A stretch of 64,000 nucleotides of DNA from Acutalibacteraceae bacterium (GTDB taxonomy: Bacteria; Bacillota; Clostridia; Oscillospirales; Acutalibacteraceae), in contig JAZRPW010000038.1 of NCBI GenBank assembly GCA_045649405.1, positions 13,442-77,441 of the forward strand. Reading direction: 5' to 3'. Each line of letters starts with the position of its first letter. Position 1 is the stretch's first letter. The notes below the pieces were generated by a model that had not been told where the DNA came from, ran no database searches, and saw nothing but the letters and a program-made list of their open reading frames with translations. Of the stretch, positions 35,966 through 45,312 are shown in pieces. Both the position numbers and the translations under genes were made by a program.

Positions 35966-36464
35966 CGTCAAAAATTCCTTTCAACGGACGAATTACAACC
36001 TTTTGTTCATCTATATCAACATTGATAACAACATCTGGAATTGACGGAATCAAATACTCTTTGCCATCACGAGTAATGTGCCAAACATCGTTAGCACCGG
36101 TTTGAGAAACATCAGTAATAACGCCTAATTCTTCGTTAGAATCGGCATCAAACACTTTGCAACCAAACAAGTCGCATTGAAAAAATGTACCTTTTGGCAA
36201 CGCAGCATCTTCTCTATCTAAATACAAAACTTTGCCACGCAATTTTTCGGCATCTTCAATAGTTTCAACGCCTTTAATTTTCATCAAAACCATATTTTTA
36301 TTGGTTCTTGAAGTTACTTTTAACGCAGTTTCGCCTTTGTTAAGATAAAGTGTTTTGAATTTTGTTAAAAATTCAGGAGAGTCACACCAAGGGTAAACCC
36401 TCATTTCGCCACGCACACCATGAGTGCCGACAATTTCTCCAGTTTCAATGTATCTTTCTTTCAT
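35955..36464 (-). CDS. rimM: 16S rRNA processing protein RimM
   Basis: GEIVGTHGVRGEMRVYP N-terminus and a PRC-barrel C-terminus. Confidence 0.92.
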   Translation of the reverse strand: MKERYIETGEIVGTHGVRGEMRVYPWCDSPEFLTKFKTLYLNKGETALKVTSRTNKNMVLMKIKGVETIEDAEKLRGKVLYLDREDAALPKGTFFQCDLFGCKVFDADSNEELGVITDVSQTGANDVWHITRDGKEYLIPSIPDVVINVDIDEQKVVIRPLKGIFDDEN

Positions 36465-36517
36465 TTTTCTACCTCAAAAAACTAAATAAAGGAGCAAAGA
36501 AATTTTGCTCCTTTGAA

Positions 36518-36751
36518 TTAGTCAATTTCTACCATAATTTTTTCATCATTACGGTTAGCAACTGCACGCATAACAACGCGAATTGCTTTTGCAATTCTAC
36601 CTTGTTTGCCGATTACGCGGCCCATGTCATCAGCAGCAACGCTAAGATGATAAACAACAACACCATCTTCGTTTGGTTCATCAACTGTAACCTTAACTGC
36701 ATCTGGGTCATTAACAAGGCCAGCTGCGAGAGATTTAAGAAGTTCTTGCAT
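36518..36751 (-). CDS. ylqC: KH-domain RNA-binding protein (UPF0109, YlqC-like)
   Basis: 77 aa with the GRVIGKQGRIAKAIR KH motif, between rpsP and rimM. Confidence 0.88.
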   Translation of the reverse strand: MQELLKSLAAGLVNDPDAVKVTVDEPNEDGVVVYHLSVAADDMGRVIGKQGRIAKAIRVVMRAVANRNDEKIMVEID

Positions 36752-36769
36752 TTTACAAAACTCCTTTCA

Positions 36770-37012
36770 TTAGATAATATTGTTCTTTTTAAGCAATGCT
36801 TTAACTGTGTCAGTTGGTTGAGCACCGTTAGCAATCCATTTTTTAGCTGCTTCAGCGTCAATGCTTACTTCAGCTGGGTCTGTGTTTGGATTGAATGTAC
36901 CGATTTCTTCGATAAATCTACCGTCTCTTGGGAATCTTGAGTCAGCAACTACTACTCTGTAGAAAGGAGCTCTTTTAGCGCCCATACGACGAAGTCTGAT
37001 TTTTACTGCCAT
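36770..37012 (-). CDS. rpsP: 30S ribosomal protein S16 (bS16)
   Basis: [26 protein letters not shown]. Confidence 0.97.
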   Translation of the reverse strand: MAVKIRLRRMGAKRAPFYRVVVADSRFPRDGRFIEEIGTFNPNTDPAEVSIDAEAAKKWIANGAQPTDTVKALLKKNNII

Positions 37013-37069
37013 TTTAATTTCACCTCACAAAAAAAGTTTTAAAATTTATATTATCAAACAGAACACTGT

Positions 37070-38476
37070 TTAAAAACCACCGAAATCTTTTTTACCACCA
37101 GAAAGCGCTTGTGGGTCAAAAGTATTTGGGTCAAAGCCCATATTGTTACCGCCAAGACCCTTAAGAAGTCTGCGGTTTTTGTGCTTGCCACCACCGTTGA
37201 TTTGTTTGAACATTTTTTTCATTTGTTCATATTGCTTGAGAAGTCTGTTAACATCTTCAACCTTCATGCCACAACCAGCAGCAATTCTTTTCTTTCTTGA
37301 AGCGTTTAGAATTTCAGGTTTTGCACGCTCTTTTTTAGTCATTGAATAAATAATTGATTCAACCCTTACAAGTTGTTTGTCATCAATATCAGCGTTTTCA
37401 ACCTGTTTTGCCATTCCGGGAATCATACTCATTACTTGTTTGAGTGGACCCATTTTTTTAATTTGCTGGAATTGCGCTAGCAAGTCATCAAGGTCAAACT
37501 TGTTTTTCAAAAGTTTTTGCTCAAGCTCTGCTGCTTGTTTTTCATCAAGAGCAGTTTCTGCCTTTTCAATAAGCGACATAACATCGCCCATGCCAAGAAT
37601 TCTTGAAGCCATTCTGTCAGGGTGGAACTCTTCAAGGTCTGTAAGTTTTTCGCCAGTACCAACAAATTTAATTGGTTTGCCGGTTACTTCCTTAACTGAA
37701 AGAGCAGCACCACCACGGGTGTCACCATCAAGCTTTGTCAAAATAACACCGGTAATTTCAAGTGTATCATTAAAAGCTTTAGCAACATTAACCGCATCTT
37801 GACCGGTCATTGAGTCAATAACAAGCAAAATGTCATCAGGTGTTGCAACTTTGCAAACACGTTTTAACTCATTCATCAACTCTTCATCAATGTGAAGACG
37901 ACCTGCGGTATCAAGAATAATATAATCATGGCCATAATCTTTTGCATGTTTAATTGCTTTTTCAACAATTTTTTCAGGCTTTTGCGTACCCATTTCAAAA
38001 ACAGGAACGCCAACCTGCTCACCAACAATTTGCAATTGTGAAATAGCCGCCGGACGATAAATGTCACAAGCAACAAGCATTGGTCTGTGGCCTTTTGATT
38101 TCAAATACTTACCAAGTTTTGCAGAGTGTGTTGTTTTACCAGAACCTTGCAAACCACACATCATAATAACGGTTGGAAGTTTTGAAGAAGTGTTAAGACG
38201 ACTGTTTTCGCCACCCATGAGTGCAGTCAATTCTTCATTAACAATTTTAACAACCATTTGAGCAGGTGTTAAACTTTCCATAACCTTTTCGCCAATGCAA
38301 CGCTCAGCAACCTTGTTAGTAAAGTCTTTTGCAACCTTGTAGTTAACATCTGCTTCTAAAAGAGCAAGACGCACTTCTCTCATAGCACTCTTAACATCAG
38401 CTTCAGACAATTTACCTTTTGAACGGATTTTTTTAAATGCCGCACTAAGTTTGTCAGACAATCCTTCAAATGCCAT
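37070..38476 (-). CDS. ffh: Signal recognition particle protein Ffh
   Basis: N/G domains (GLQGSGKTT, DTAGR, TKLDG) and a Met-rich M domain. Confidence 0.96.
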   Translation of the reverse strand: MAFEGLSDKLSAAFKKIRSKGKLSEADVKSAMREVRLALLEADVNYKVAKDFTNKVAERCIGEKVMESLTPAQMVVKIVNEELTALMGGENSRLNTSSKLPTVIMMCGLQGSGKTTHSAKLGKYLKSKGHRPMLVACDIYRPAAISQLQIVGEQVGVPVFEMGTQKPEKIVEKAIKHAKDYGHDYIILDTAGRLHIDEELMNELKRVCKVATPDDILLVIDSMTGQDAVNVAKAFNDTLEITGVILTKLDGDTRGGAALSVKEVTGKPIKFVGTGEKLTDLEEFHPDRMASRILGMGDVMSLIEKAETALDEKQAAELEQKLLKNKFDLDDLLAQFQQIKKMGPLKQVMSMIPGMAKQVENADIDDKQLVRVESIIYSMTKKERAKPEILNASRKKRIAAGCGMKVEDVNRLLKQYEQMKKMFKQINGGGKHKNRRLLKGLGGNNMGFDPNTFDPQALSGGKKDFGGF

Positions 38477-38482
38477 TTAAGT

Positions 38483-38803
38483 TTACGCCTCCTCTTTGTA
38501 AATTATATCTTTAATATTTTTAGCACAGTCGGTGGCGTTGCCACCAGCCAAAATATCATCAGCTTGATTATAAATTTTTTGAAACCGTTCATTAATCAAA
38601 AGTTTCTTTTCATAATTCAAAAGTTGATTTTTTGCACGGTTTACAATGTCATAAGCACCTTGGCGGGTAATACCTTCATTTTCGGCAATTTCAGCAAGTG
38701 ACAAATCATCATTATAATAAAATTCCAAAAAGGCTTTTTGCTTGTCAGTAAGCAACCCACCATAAATGTCAAGAAGCAACGAAATATCTAAATCTTTTGG
38801 CAT
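38483..38803 (-). CDS. ylxM: YlxM/UPF0122 helix-turn-helix protein
   Basis: ~106 aa with LSLAEIAENEGITRQGAYD, directly upstream of ffh. Confidence 0.88.
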   Translation of the reverse strand: MPKDLDISLLLDIYGGLLTDKQKAFLEFYYNDDLSLAEIAENEGITRQGAYDIVNRAKNQLLNYEKKLLINERFQKIYNQADDILAGGNATDCAKNIKDIIYKEEA

Positions 38804-39005
38804 TTTCGCTCCTCCTTATTTTATGTCTGCAAAGTATTTTTGCTTTGCACCTATACGATTATATACACATAAGCTCATTTTGTCAAGTGTTTTTGTTAAA
38901 AAAGTTGCCAAATTCTTAATATTTTTAACGGTCGTCAATATCGCTAAAAGGGTATTTTTATTTTAGCCAAATTATACAAAAATTGTGAATTCTTCTTAAA
39001 ATGGG

Positions 39006-39034
39006 TTGACATATTTCGAAATGTATATCATAAT
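39006..39034 (+). promoter_or_regulatory. Sigma-A-type promoter (TTGACA-17-CATAAT) for the GH25 operon
   Basis: TTGACA at 39006..39011 and CATAAT at 39029..39034. Confidence 0.65.
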
Positions 39035-39071
39035 TTATATATATTATTTTAATATATAGGGAGAGTTTTTC

Positions 39072-40931
39072 ATGAAAAAATTATTGGCTTTTATGCTTTC
39101 GTTTTTGATGGTTTTTCAACTTTCAATAACTGCATTTGCCTTTAAAGATACAACAAATAATATTTTTACAGGCAAGAAATATACACATGATGACAGATTT
39201 AAAGATTATGAAATTGTTAATGGTTTAGATATTTCTTATTATCAAAAAAACGTTGACTTTGAAAAACTTAAAGCAGCAGGCGTTGACTTTTTGTTTTTGC
39301 GCGCAGGTTTTCGTGGCTATGGTTCAAAAGGAACTTTGAATAAAGACACAACCTTTGACGCTTATGCTAAAGGTGCAATTGAGGCCGGCATTGATGTTGG
39401 TGTGTATTTTTATTCTCAAGCAATTACCGTTAAAGAAGCGCAAGAAGAAGCAGATTACACAATGAGCATTATTAAAGATTACGACATTACAATGCCTGTT
39501 ATGTTTGACTTTGAATATGCAAATGGTGGTAGGCTTGAAAAAGCAAAATTAAGCAACTCTGCCCACACTGAAATTTGTTTGGCATATTGCCAAAGGGTAG
39601 AAAATGAAGGTTATACTTCAGGCGTTTACGCAAACCATTCAATGCTTCTTAACGACCTTAATGATGAGGAAATTGCAAAAGATTATATGATTTGGCTTGC
39701 AAATTACAACACTGCTCCAAAATATAACAGCAAACTTTATGAGCAAGAATATTCTTATTGGCAATACACAAGTTCAGGTAGTGTTGATGGCATTGACGGT
39801 AGAGTTGACTGTAATTTTAGATATTTTAAAGCGCCACAAAAGGTTGTTAATTTGCAGATTGATACTAATGATTATCAACAACCGGTTCTTACTTGGGACA
39901 GAGTAAAAGATTGTTATGGTTATGAAATTTACAAGCTTGATAAAGACACAAAACAATATGTTAAAATTGGCACAAATAAAGGCGCGGCAATTTGTACATA
40001 TACTGATACTGCTGATAAAGGCGAATCAAACTCTTACAAAGTAAAGGCAATTTCAAGAAACAAGGGTGAATTTGTTGGTGGCGAAATGTCAGATGAAGTT
40101 AAATCACAAGGCATTTTCAAAATGACAATGCAGTCAAACGGCACAGGTTATGCAACATTTACTTGGCGAGTAGTACCAGGCGCTAGCGAATATCAAGTTT
40201 TGCGTGCAGATACTGAAAACGGCACATATGATTATGTGGCAACTTTAAATTCAGAAACAACTCATTTTACTGATTACACCGATGACGGATTTAAAACATA
40301 TTTCTATATGGTAAGAGCAGTAATGCGTGATAGCGAAGGTGTTTTAACCGATAATATTTACACTCCTTGCTTGAAAGCAGAAAAACCACAGCCAGTTTTA
40401 GAAAACGTTGCGTTAACAGAAAACAACGCAATTGTGGTTAATTTTACTGCAATGCCTTATGCAACCGGCACAGAAATTTGGGCGGCCTCTGGTACGGCAG
40501 CGTTTAAAAAGGTTGGCACAGTTTTAGGTGATACAAATAGTTACACCCACTCAAAATTAAAACGTGGTGTTAAATATCAATACAAAGTTCGTCAATACAT
40601 AGTTAAAGACGGCAAGACATATTACAGTGAATTTAGTAATGTTGAAGACGAAACAACTTTAAAAACAACCACAATTACTTTGACAACAACCAAAGCGGCT
40701 GCAAAAATTGTTTGTGAAAAGGTAACTGGTGCTAATGGTTATGAAATTTATATGAAGGCACCAACCAGCAAAACATACAAAAAACAAGTTGCAACTAAAA
40801 AACAAAAATACACTAAAAAAGGTTTGAAGTCAGGTAAAACTTACAAGTTCAAAGTTAGAACTTACAGGGTTGTAGATGGCAAAACAATTTACAGTCCATA
40901 TTCAAAGACAAAGAAAATTAAAATTAAGTAA
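39072..40931 (+). CDS. Secreted GH25 muramidase (lysozyme) with Fn3-like repeats and a Lys-rich C-terminal module
   Basis: Signal peptide. GLDISYYQKNVDFEKLKAAGVDFLFLRAG and MFDFEY (DxE) are GH25 motifs. These are followed by several ~90-aa Fn3-like repeats (W..V.GA..Y.V.R). Confidence 0.85.
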   Translation: MKKLLAFMLSFLMVFQLSITAFAFKDTTNNIFTGKKYTHDDRFKDYEIVNGLDISYYQKNVDFEKLKAAGVDFLFLRAGFRGYGSKGTLNKDTTFDAYAKGAIEAGIDVGVYFYSQAITVKEAQEEADYTMSIIKDYDITMPVMFDFEYANGGRLEKAKLSNSAHTEICLAYCQRVENEGYTSGVYANHSMLLNDLNDEEIAKDYMIWLANYNTAPKYNSKLYEQEYSYWQYTSSGSVDGIDGRVDCNFRYFKAPQKVVNLQIDTNDYQQPVLTWDRVKDCYGYEIYKLDKDTKQYVKIGTNKGAAICTYTDTADKGESNSYKVKAISRNKGEFVGGEMSDEVKSQGIFKMTMQSNGTGYATFTWRVVPGASEYQVLRADTENGTYDYVATLNSETTHFTDYTDDGFKTYFYMVRAVMRDSEGVLTDNIYTPCLKAEKPQPVLENVALTENNAIVVNFTAMPYATGTEIWAASGTAAFKKVGTVLGDTNSYTHSKLKRGVKYQYKVRQYIVKDGKTYYSEFSNVEDETTLKTTTITLTTTKAAAKIVCEKVTGANGYEIYMKAPTSKTYKKQVATKKQKYTKKGLKSGKTYKFKVRTYRVVDGKTIYSPYSKTKKIKIK

Positions 40932-40946
40932 AGGATTAATTGAACA

Positions 40947-42761
40947 ATGAGAAAATTTTTAGCAGTTGTGGTTGCAGTTGTAATGATTTTGCAAATCACA
41001 ACATCTGTTTTTGCTTTTGTTGACACAAAAAACGATATTTTTACAGGCAGTAAATATACCCATGATGATAGATTTGCTGGTCGTGAAATTACACATGGTT
41101 TGGACATTTCTTTTTATCAAGGAGATGTTGATTTTGGAAAAATTAAAGCTGCTGGTGTGGATTTTTTGATTTTGCGTGCAGGTAATCGTTACTCACAATC
41201 AGGCAAATTGGATAAAGACTCAATGTTTGATACATATGTTGCAGGAGCAACCGCCGCTGGCATTGATATGGGTGCTTATATTTTTTCTCAAGCAATAACA
41301 GTTAAAGAAGCACAAGAAGAGGCAGATTATCTTTTATCACTTGTTAAGGGTTATGATATGACAATGCCACTTATGTTTGACTTTGAGTATTATTCTGGTG
41401 GTAGATTGTCAAACGCAAATCTGACAAACAGACAACGCACAGACATTTGCTTGGCATTTTGTGAAAGAATAGAAGCAGCAGGTTATACTGCCGGTGTTTA
41501 TGCAAACCATTCAATGTTTAAAAACGACCTTTACGCCGATGAAATTGCTGAAAAATATATTCTTTGGCTTGCACAATACCATACAAAGCCAGAGCTTGGT
41601 GGAACATTCTTCCAACCTGATTATGAATATTGGCAGTATTCAAGTTCGGGTGGGGTTAATGGTATTGCCGGTAGAGTTGACTGTAACTTTAGATATTTCA
41701 AAGCTCCAGACAAAATTACCAATTTAAAACTCACAACCAACACATCAAAACAACCAGTTCTCACTTGGGACAAGAATAAAAATTGTTATGGTTATGAGAT
41801 TTATAAATTTGATGTTAACACACAAGATTATGAGTTCTATGCAACGAATAAAGGTGCAGGAAGTTGTACATTTACAGATACAAGCACAGAACAAAGTTCT
41901 TACAAAGTAAGAGCAATTTCAAGAAATAAAGGTAGATTTGTTGAAGGCGAATTTTCAGATGAAGTAGGCGAAGCACCTTCTTTTAAAGCGACTATTTTAT
42001 CAACCGGCGCAGACTATGTAACACTTAAATGGACACAAGTACCTAATGCTGCAAAATACAGCATTTTACGTACCGACGTTGAAAATGGTGCATACACTTC
42101 GGTTGGTATGGTAGATGCTGACACAACAGTATTCACTGACAAACTTGAAAATGAAACAAAAACTTATTACTATGTAATCAAGGCAATAATTTGTAATGTA
42201 TTAGGCGATGAAATTGAATATTTGTTTACTGAAAAATTAACACTTGAAAAGGTAAAGGTTGATTTGCCAGAAACTACAACTCAACCTACCACAACTCAAC
42301 CTACCACAACTCAACCAACTACAACAACCCAACCAACTACAACAACTCAACCAACTGAATGCAAACACTCTTCAATTGAAATTGTTGGCAAAAAAGCAGA
42401 AACTTATTTTGAAGATGGTTACACTGGTGATAAGGTTTGTGGTTTGTGTAAATTTGAATTTGTAAAAGGCGAAAAAATTGAAAGATTGAAATTAAAAGTG
42501 CCAAACTTTAAACTTGTCAGCGGAAAAAAACAATTCAAAATTAAATACACAAAGGTTTCAGGCGCTATTGGATTCCAAGTTAGGTATAAAGTTAAAGGTA
42601 AATGGATTACCAAAAACTACACCACAAAGAAAACAGTAACAAAGACTATCAAAAAACTTAAAAAAGGTAATTATAAAGTTCAAATCAGAGCTTTTGTTAA
42701 ATCTGGCACAAAAACTGTTTATTCTTCTTGGTCAAAAACAAAATCTGTAAAGGTTAAATAA
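40947..42761 (+). CDS. Secreted GH25 muramidase paralog with a TTQP linker, a Cys-containing segment and a Lys-rich C-terminal module
   Basis: Same GH25 motifs (GLDISFYQGDVDF.., MFDFEY). (TTQP)n linker. The C-terminal 90 aa closely match the C-terminus of 2..1186. Confidence 0.85.
   Translation: MRKFLAVVVAVVMILQITTSVFAFVDTKNDIFTGSKYTHDDRFAGREITHGLDISFYQGDVDFGKIKAAGVDFLILRAGNRYSQSGKLDKDSMFDTYVAGATAAGIDMGAYIFSQAITVKEAQEEADYLLSLVKGYDMTMPLMFDFEYYSGGRLSNANLTNRQRTDICLAFCERIEAAGYTAGVYANHSMFKNDLYADEIAEKYILWLAQYHTKPELGGTFFQPDYEYWQYSSSGGVNGIAGRVDCNFRYFKAPDKITNLKLTTNTSKQPVLTWDKNKNCYGYEIYKFDVNTQDYEFYATNKGAGSCTFTDTSTEQSSYKVRAISRNKGRFVEGEFSDEVGEAPSFKATILSTGADYVTLKWTQVPNAAKYSILRTDVENGAYTSVGMVDADTTVFTDKLENETKTYYYVIKAIICNVLGDEIEYLFTEKLTLEKVKVDLPETTTQPTTTQPTTTQPTTTTQPTTTTQPTECKHSSIEIVGKKAETYFEDGYTGDKVCGLCKFEFVKGEKIERLKLKVPNFKLVSGKKQFKIKYTKVSGAIGFQVRYKVKGKWITKNYTTKKTVTKTIKKLKKGNYKVQIRAFVKSGTKTVYSSWSKTKSVKVK
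42273..42356 (+). repeat. Tandem 12/15-nt coding repeats encoding the (T)TTQP linker
   Basis: act aca act caa cct-type units repeated five to six times. Confidence 0.85.
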
Positions 42762-42773
42762 GGAAGTTTTAAA

Positions 42774-43517
42774 ATGAAAATAGTAGGTAAAGTTATTTAT
42801 GTGCTGTGGGCGTGTGTTATTGCTTTGACATTGTCGTTTTACTGTTTTTCTTGTTATATCGGTGCAAAGGTTGAGCCAATTGTTATCTCGGCAATTGAGT
42901 CAATGGGCGAAGACTATGCTGATTATGATAATGTAATTGAAGACTTTAATTATTTACGACTTTGGCACGAAATCCCTAACAACGCTTCTTATGACAGAGT
43001 TAATATTGTTGAAGAAGGCGCAACACAAGAATACAGCATTTCACACCCATATATTGTTGCTTTTAAAGATAGAGATAACGGATTTTTCTCACTCGGAAAA
43101 GTGGGTTATATCTACAACAATAAAACAGTATCAAAAACTGGCGAAAAAACAAATTTGGTTGCAACCGAAAACTCAAAGGTTATTTTGAGTTTGCGATATA
43201 ACGGTCTTGATTTTGTTGTTGATGATGTTTATTACGACAATGATTTTAATGACTATGGTGTGAGTCGTTTTCACGGCATTTGGTTGGCGTTAATACTTAT
43301 TGTTAATGCTTTTGCCAGAAACATCAGATATTTCAATTTCTGCGCATTAAATAGAAAAAAGAAAAATGTTTTTAGAATGGCACAACCTTATTTCTTTAGC
43401 ATTTTAATTTTCATTTCATTCTTTACAAACACATTCCCATTAATGCTTTTAATTGGAATGGCGCAAGAAGTGGTATTTACAATAATCTTTACAATTAAAA
43501 AACGCTGTCTTAAATAG
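42774..43517 (+). CDS. Membrane protein of unknown function, third gene of the GH25 operon
   Basis: Starts 12 nt after the upstream stop. RBS AAGGAAG. N-terminal TM helix, ~150-aa extracytoplasmic segment, two or three C-terminal TM helices. Confidence 0.6.
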   Translation: MKIVGKVIYVLWACVIALTLSFYCFSCYIGAKVEPIVISAIESMGEDYADYDNVIEDFNYLRLWHEIPNNASYDRVNIVEEGATQEYSISHPYIVAFKDRDNGFFSLGKVGYIYNNKTVSKTGEKTNLVATENSKVILSLRYNGLDFVVDDVYYDNDFNDYGVSRFHGIWLALILIVNAFARNIRYFNFCALNRKKKNVFRMAQPYFFSILIFISFFTNTFPLMLLIGMAQEVVFTIIFTIKKRCLK

Positions 43518-43529
43518 ACAGCGTTTTTG
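43497..43529. terminator. Bidirectional rho-independent terminator overlapping the stop codon
   Basis: Hairpin aacgctgtct-taaa-tagacagcgtt flanked by A and T runs. Confidence 0.85.
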
Positions 43530-43537
43530 TTTTTTAT

Positions 43538-44086
43538 TTACATTTTGCTTTCGTCATAATTAGCACGAGCGCCACCGATGAATTTTAATCTTGTTCTAGC
43601 GGCGGTAACGTTTGCACAGCCAATTGTTTTAGTGTTAAGTCTAACCGGCACTGCAACTTCTTTTAAATGCATTCCAATTAAAGTTGAGCCAATGTCAAGC
43701 CCTGCGTCTGCTTTGATTTTTTCAACCGCAGTTGGGTTTTCAAATGCATTGTAAGCGGCAGTTGCAAATGAGCCACCTGCTTTTGGTTGTGGCACAACAT
43801 TAACCTGGTCTAAACCTTTTTTCTCTGCAAATTCTGTTTCAATAATAATTGCTCTGTTCAAATGCTCACAACATTGCGCAGCAAGGTAAATTCCTTTTTG
43901 TTTGCACACTTCATAAATTGCGCCAAACAACTCATTTGCAGTGTCAACCGATGAATTTGTGCCGATTTTCTCGCCAATTACTTCGCTTGAAGAACAACCA
44001 ACCACCAAAACATCGCCTTTTTTCAACTTTGCAACGCCTATAAGTTCGTTCACTGCATCTTGAGCTTGTGTTTTAATGTTTTTCAA
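43538..44086 (-). CDS. TIGR01440/UPF0340 family protein
   Basis: GDVLVVGCSSSEVIGEKIG.. and ..AAQCCEHLNRA.. patterns. Start placed at the TTG at 44086, 8 nt after AAGGAAG, because the track ATG at 44122 lies inside the pfkA terminator hairpin. Confidence 0.75.
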   Translation of the reverse strand: MKNIKTQAQDAVNELIGVAKLKKGDVLVVGCSSSEVIGEKIGTNSSVDTANELFGAIYEVCKQKGIYLAAQCCEHLNRAIIIETEFAEKKGLDQVNVVPQPKAGGSFATAAYNAFENPTAVEKIKADAGLDIGSTLIGMHLKEVAVPVRLNTKTIGCANVTAARTRLKFIGGARANYDESKM

Positions 44087-44107
44087 AAAACTCACTTCCT
44101 TTATTTT

Positions 44108-44142
44108 AAAAAACGACCGCATTTTAACAAACGGTCGTTTTT
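44108..44142 (-). terminator. Rho-independent terminator downstream of pfkA
   Basis: Minus strand reads aaaaacgaccg-tttgttaaaatg-cggtcgttttt. Confidence 0.75.
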
Positions 44143-44152
44143 AAAAGACAAA

Positions 44153-45118
44153 TTAAATACCAATTTCTTGAGCCATTACATACATATCTTTTTCAAAAGT
44201 TCTGTTCATTTGCAATGCTTCATAAATATCAAAATCAACAATCTTGTTATCTTTAAGTGCAATAACACGGTTGCCAATGCCTTTTTCCAAAAGGTCAACT
44301 GCTGCAATACCCATGCCAGAAGCACAAACTCTGTCACGAACTGTTGGGCTACCGCCTCTTTGAACGTGACCTAAAATTGAAGCACGAGATTCGATGCCAG
44401 TTGCAGCTTCAATCTTTTTAGCAAGTTCTTCAACACCTCCAACGCCTTCAGCAACAACGACAATGAAGTGCTTTTTGCCGCTTGCTTGACCTTTGTTAAT
44501 TTTAGTAACAATCTCTTCAAAAGTCCATTCAACTTCAGGTACCAAAATGCAAGTAGCACCTACTGCAATACCTGTGTGAAGAGCAATGTCGCCACAGTTT
44601 CTACCCATAACTTCACAAACGTTACATCTTTCGTGTGATTGTGAAGTATCACGAATTCTGTCAATCATTTCAAGTGCTGTGTTCATTGCTGTGTCAAAAC
44701 CAATTGTATAATCAGTGCAAGCAATGTCGTTATCAATAGTACCTGGAACGCCAACGCAAGGAATACCACGAAGTGATAAGTCACGAGCGCCACGGTAAGA
44801 ACCGTCACCACCGATTACAACACAACCTTCAATGCCATATTTTTTGCAGGTTGCAATTGCTTTTTGCATTCCTTCTTCTGTTTTGAATTCTGGGCTACGT
44901 GCTGTGTAAAGAACAGTACCACCTCTATGAATAATATCAGAAACGCTTCTTAAATCCATTTCAAAAACATCATCATGAATAAGACCGTTGTAACCACGAT
45001 GAATGCCGTAAACCTTCATTCCTCTTGAAATTGCGGCACGCACAACTGCACGAACTGCAGCATTCATTCCAGGTGCGTCGCCACCTGATGTCAAAACACC
45101 AATTGTTCTGTTTGCCAT
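44153..45118 (-). CDS. pfkA: ATP-dependent 6-phosphofructokinase
   Basis: GVLTSGGDAPGMNAA, GGDGS and PGTIDND motifs. Confidence 0.96.
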   Translation of the reverse strand: MANRTIGVLTSGGDAPGMNAAVRAVVRAAISRGMKVYGIHRGYNGLIHDDVFEMDLRSVSDIIHRGGTVLYTARSPEFKTEEGMQKAIATCKKYGIEGCVVIGGDGSYRGARDLSLRGIPCVGVPGTIDNDIACTDYTIGFDTAMNTALEMIDRIRDTSQSHERCNVCEVMGRNCGDIALHTGIAVGATCILVPEVEWTFEEIVTKINKGQASGKKHFIVVVAEGVGGVEELAKKIEAATGIESRASILGHVQRGGSPTVRDRVCASGMGIAAVDLLEKGIGNRVIALKDNKIVDFDIYEALQMNRTFEKDMYVMAQEIGI

Positions 45119-45312
45119 TTTTTAGCCTCCTGTATATCAAGCGAAGTCGAAAACTCCCTAAAATATCATACAAAAATATAAGATTACAACTTATTATAAT
45201 AAATTTGTTTCAAAACTTCAAGTCTTTTTTTCTAAAACTCAAAAAAATCTTGTTTTTTTAATTATGTGTGATATAATTAGTCTATATTTATTTTGTTTTT
45301 TTAGAGGTTATT

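Noticed and set aside
36362-36940. 192-aa plus-strand ORF across rimM, the KH-protein gene and rpsP
   Set aside because: It is antisense to three strongly supported conserved genes, is Cys/Phe/Asn-rich with no RBS, and is typical of an AT-rich antisense open frame. The same reasoning removes the other antisense or alternate-frame track ORFs, for example 27223..27798, 24390..24947, 8642..9130, 6990..7418, 5839..6342, 30290..30703, 31051..31482, 37377..37802, 61589..61993 and 62986..63393.
39072-42761. GH25 lysozymes as prophage endolysins or a prophage remnant
   Set aside because: Both enzymes have Sec signal peptides, host-type Fn3/linker/C-terminal modules shared with a non-lytic surface protein, and a sigma-A promoter. 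There is no holin, integrase, capsid, tail or terminase gene nearby.
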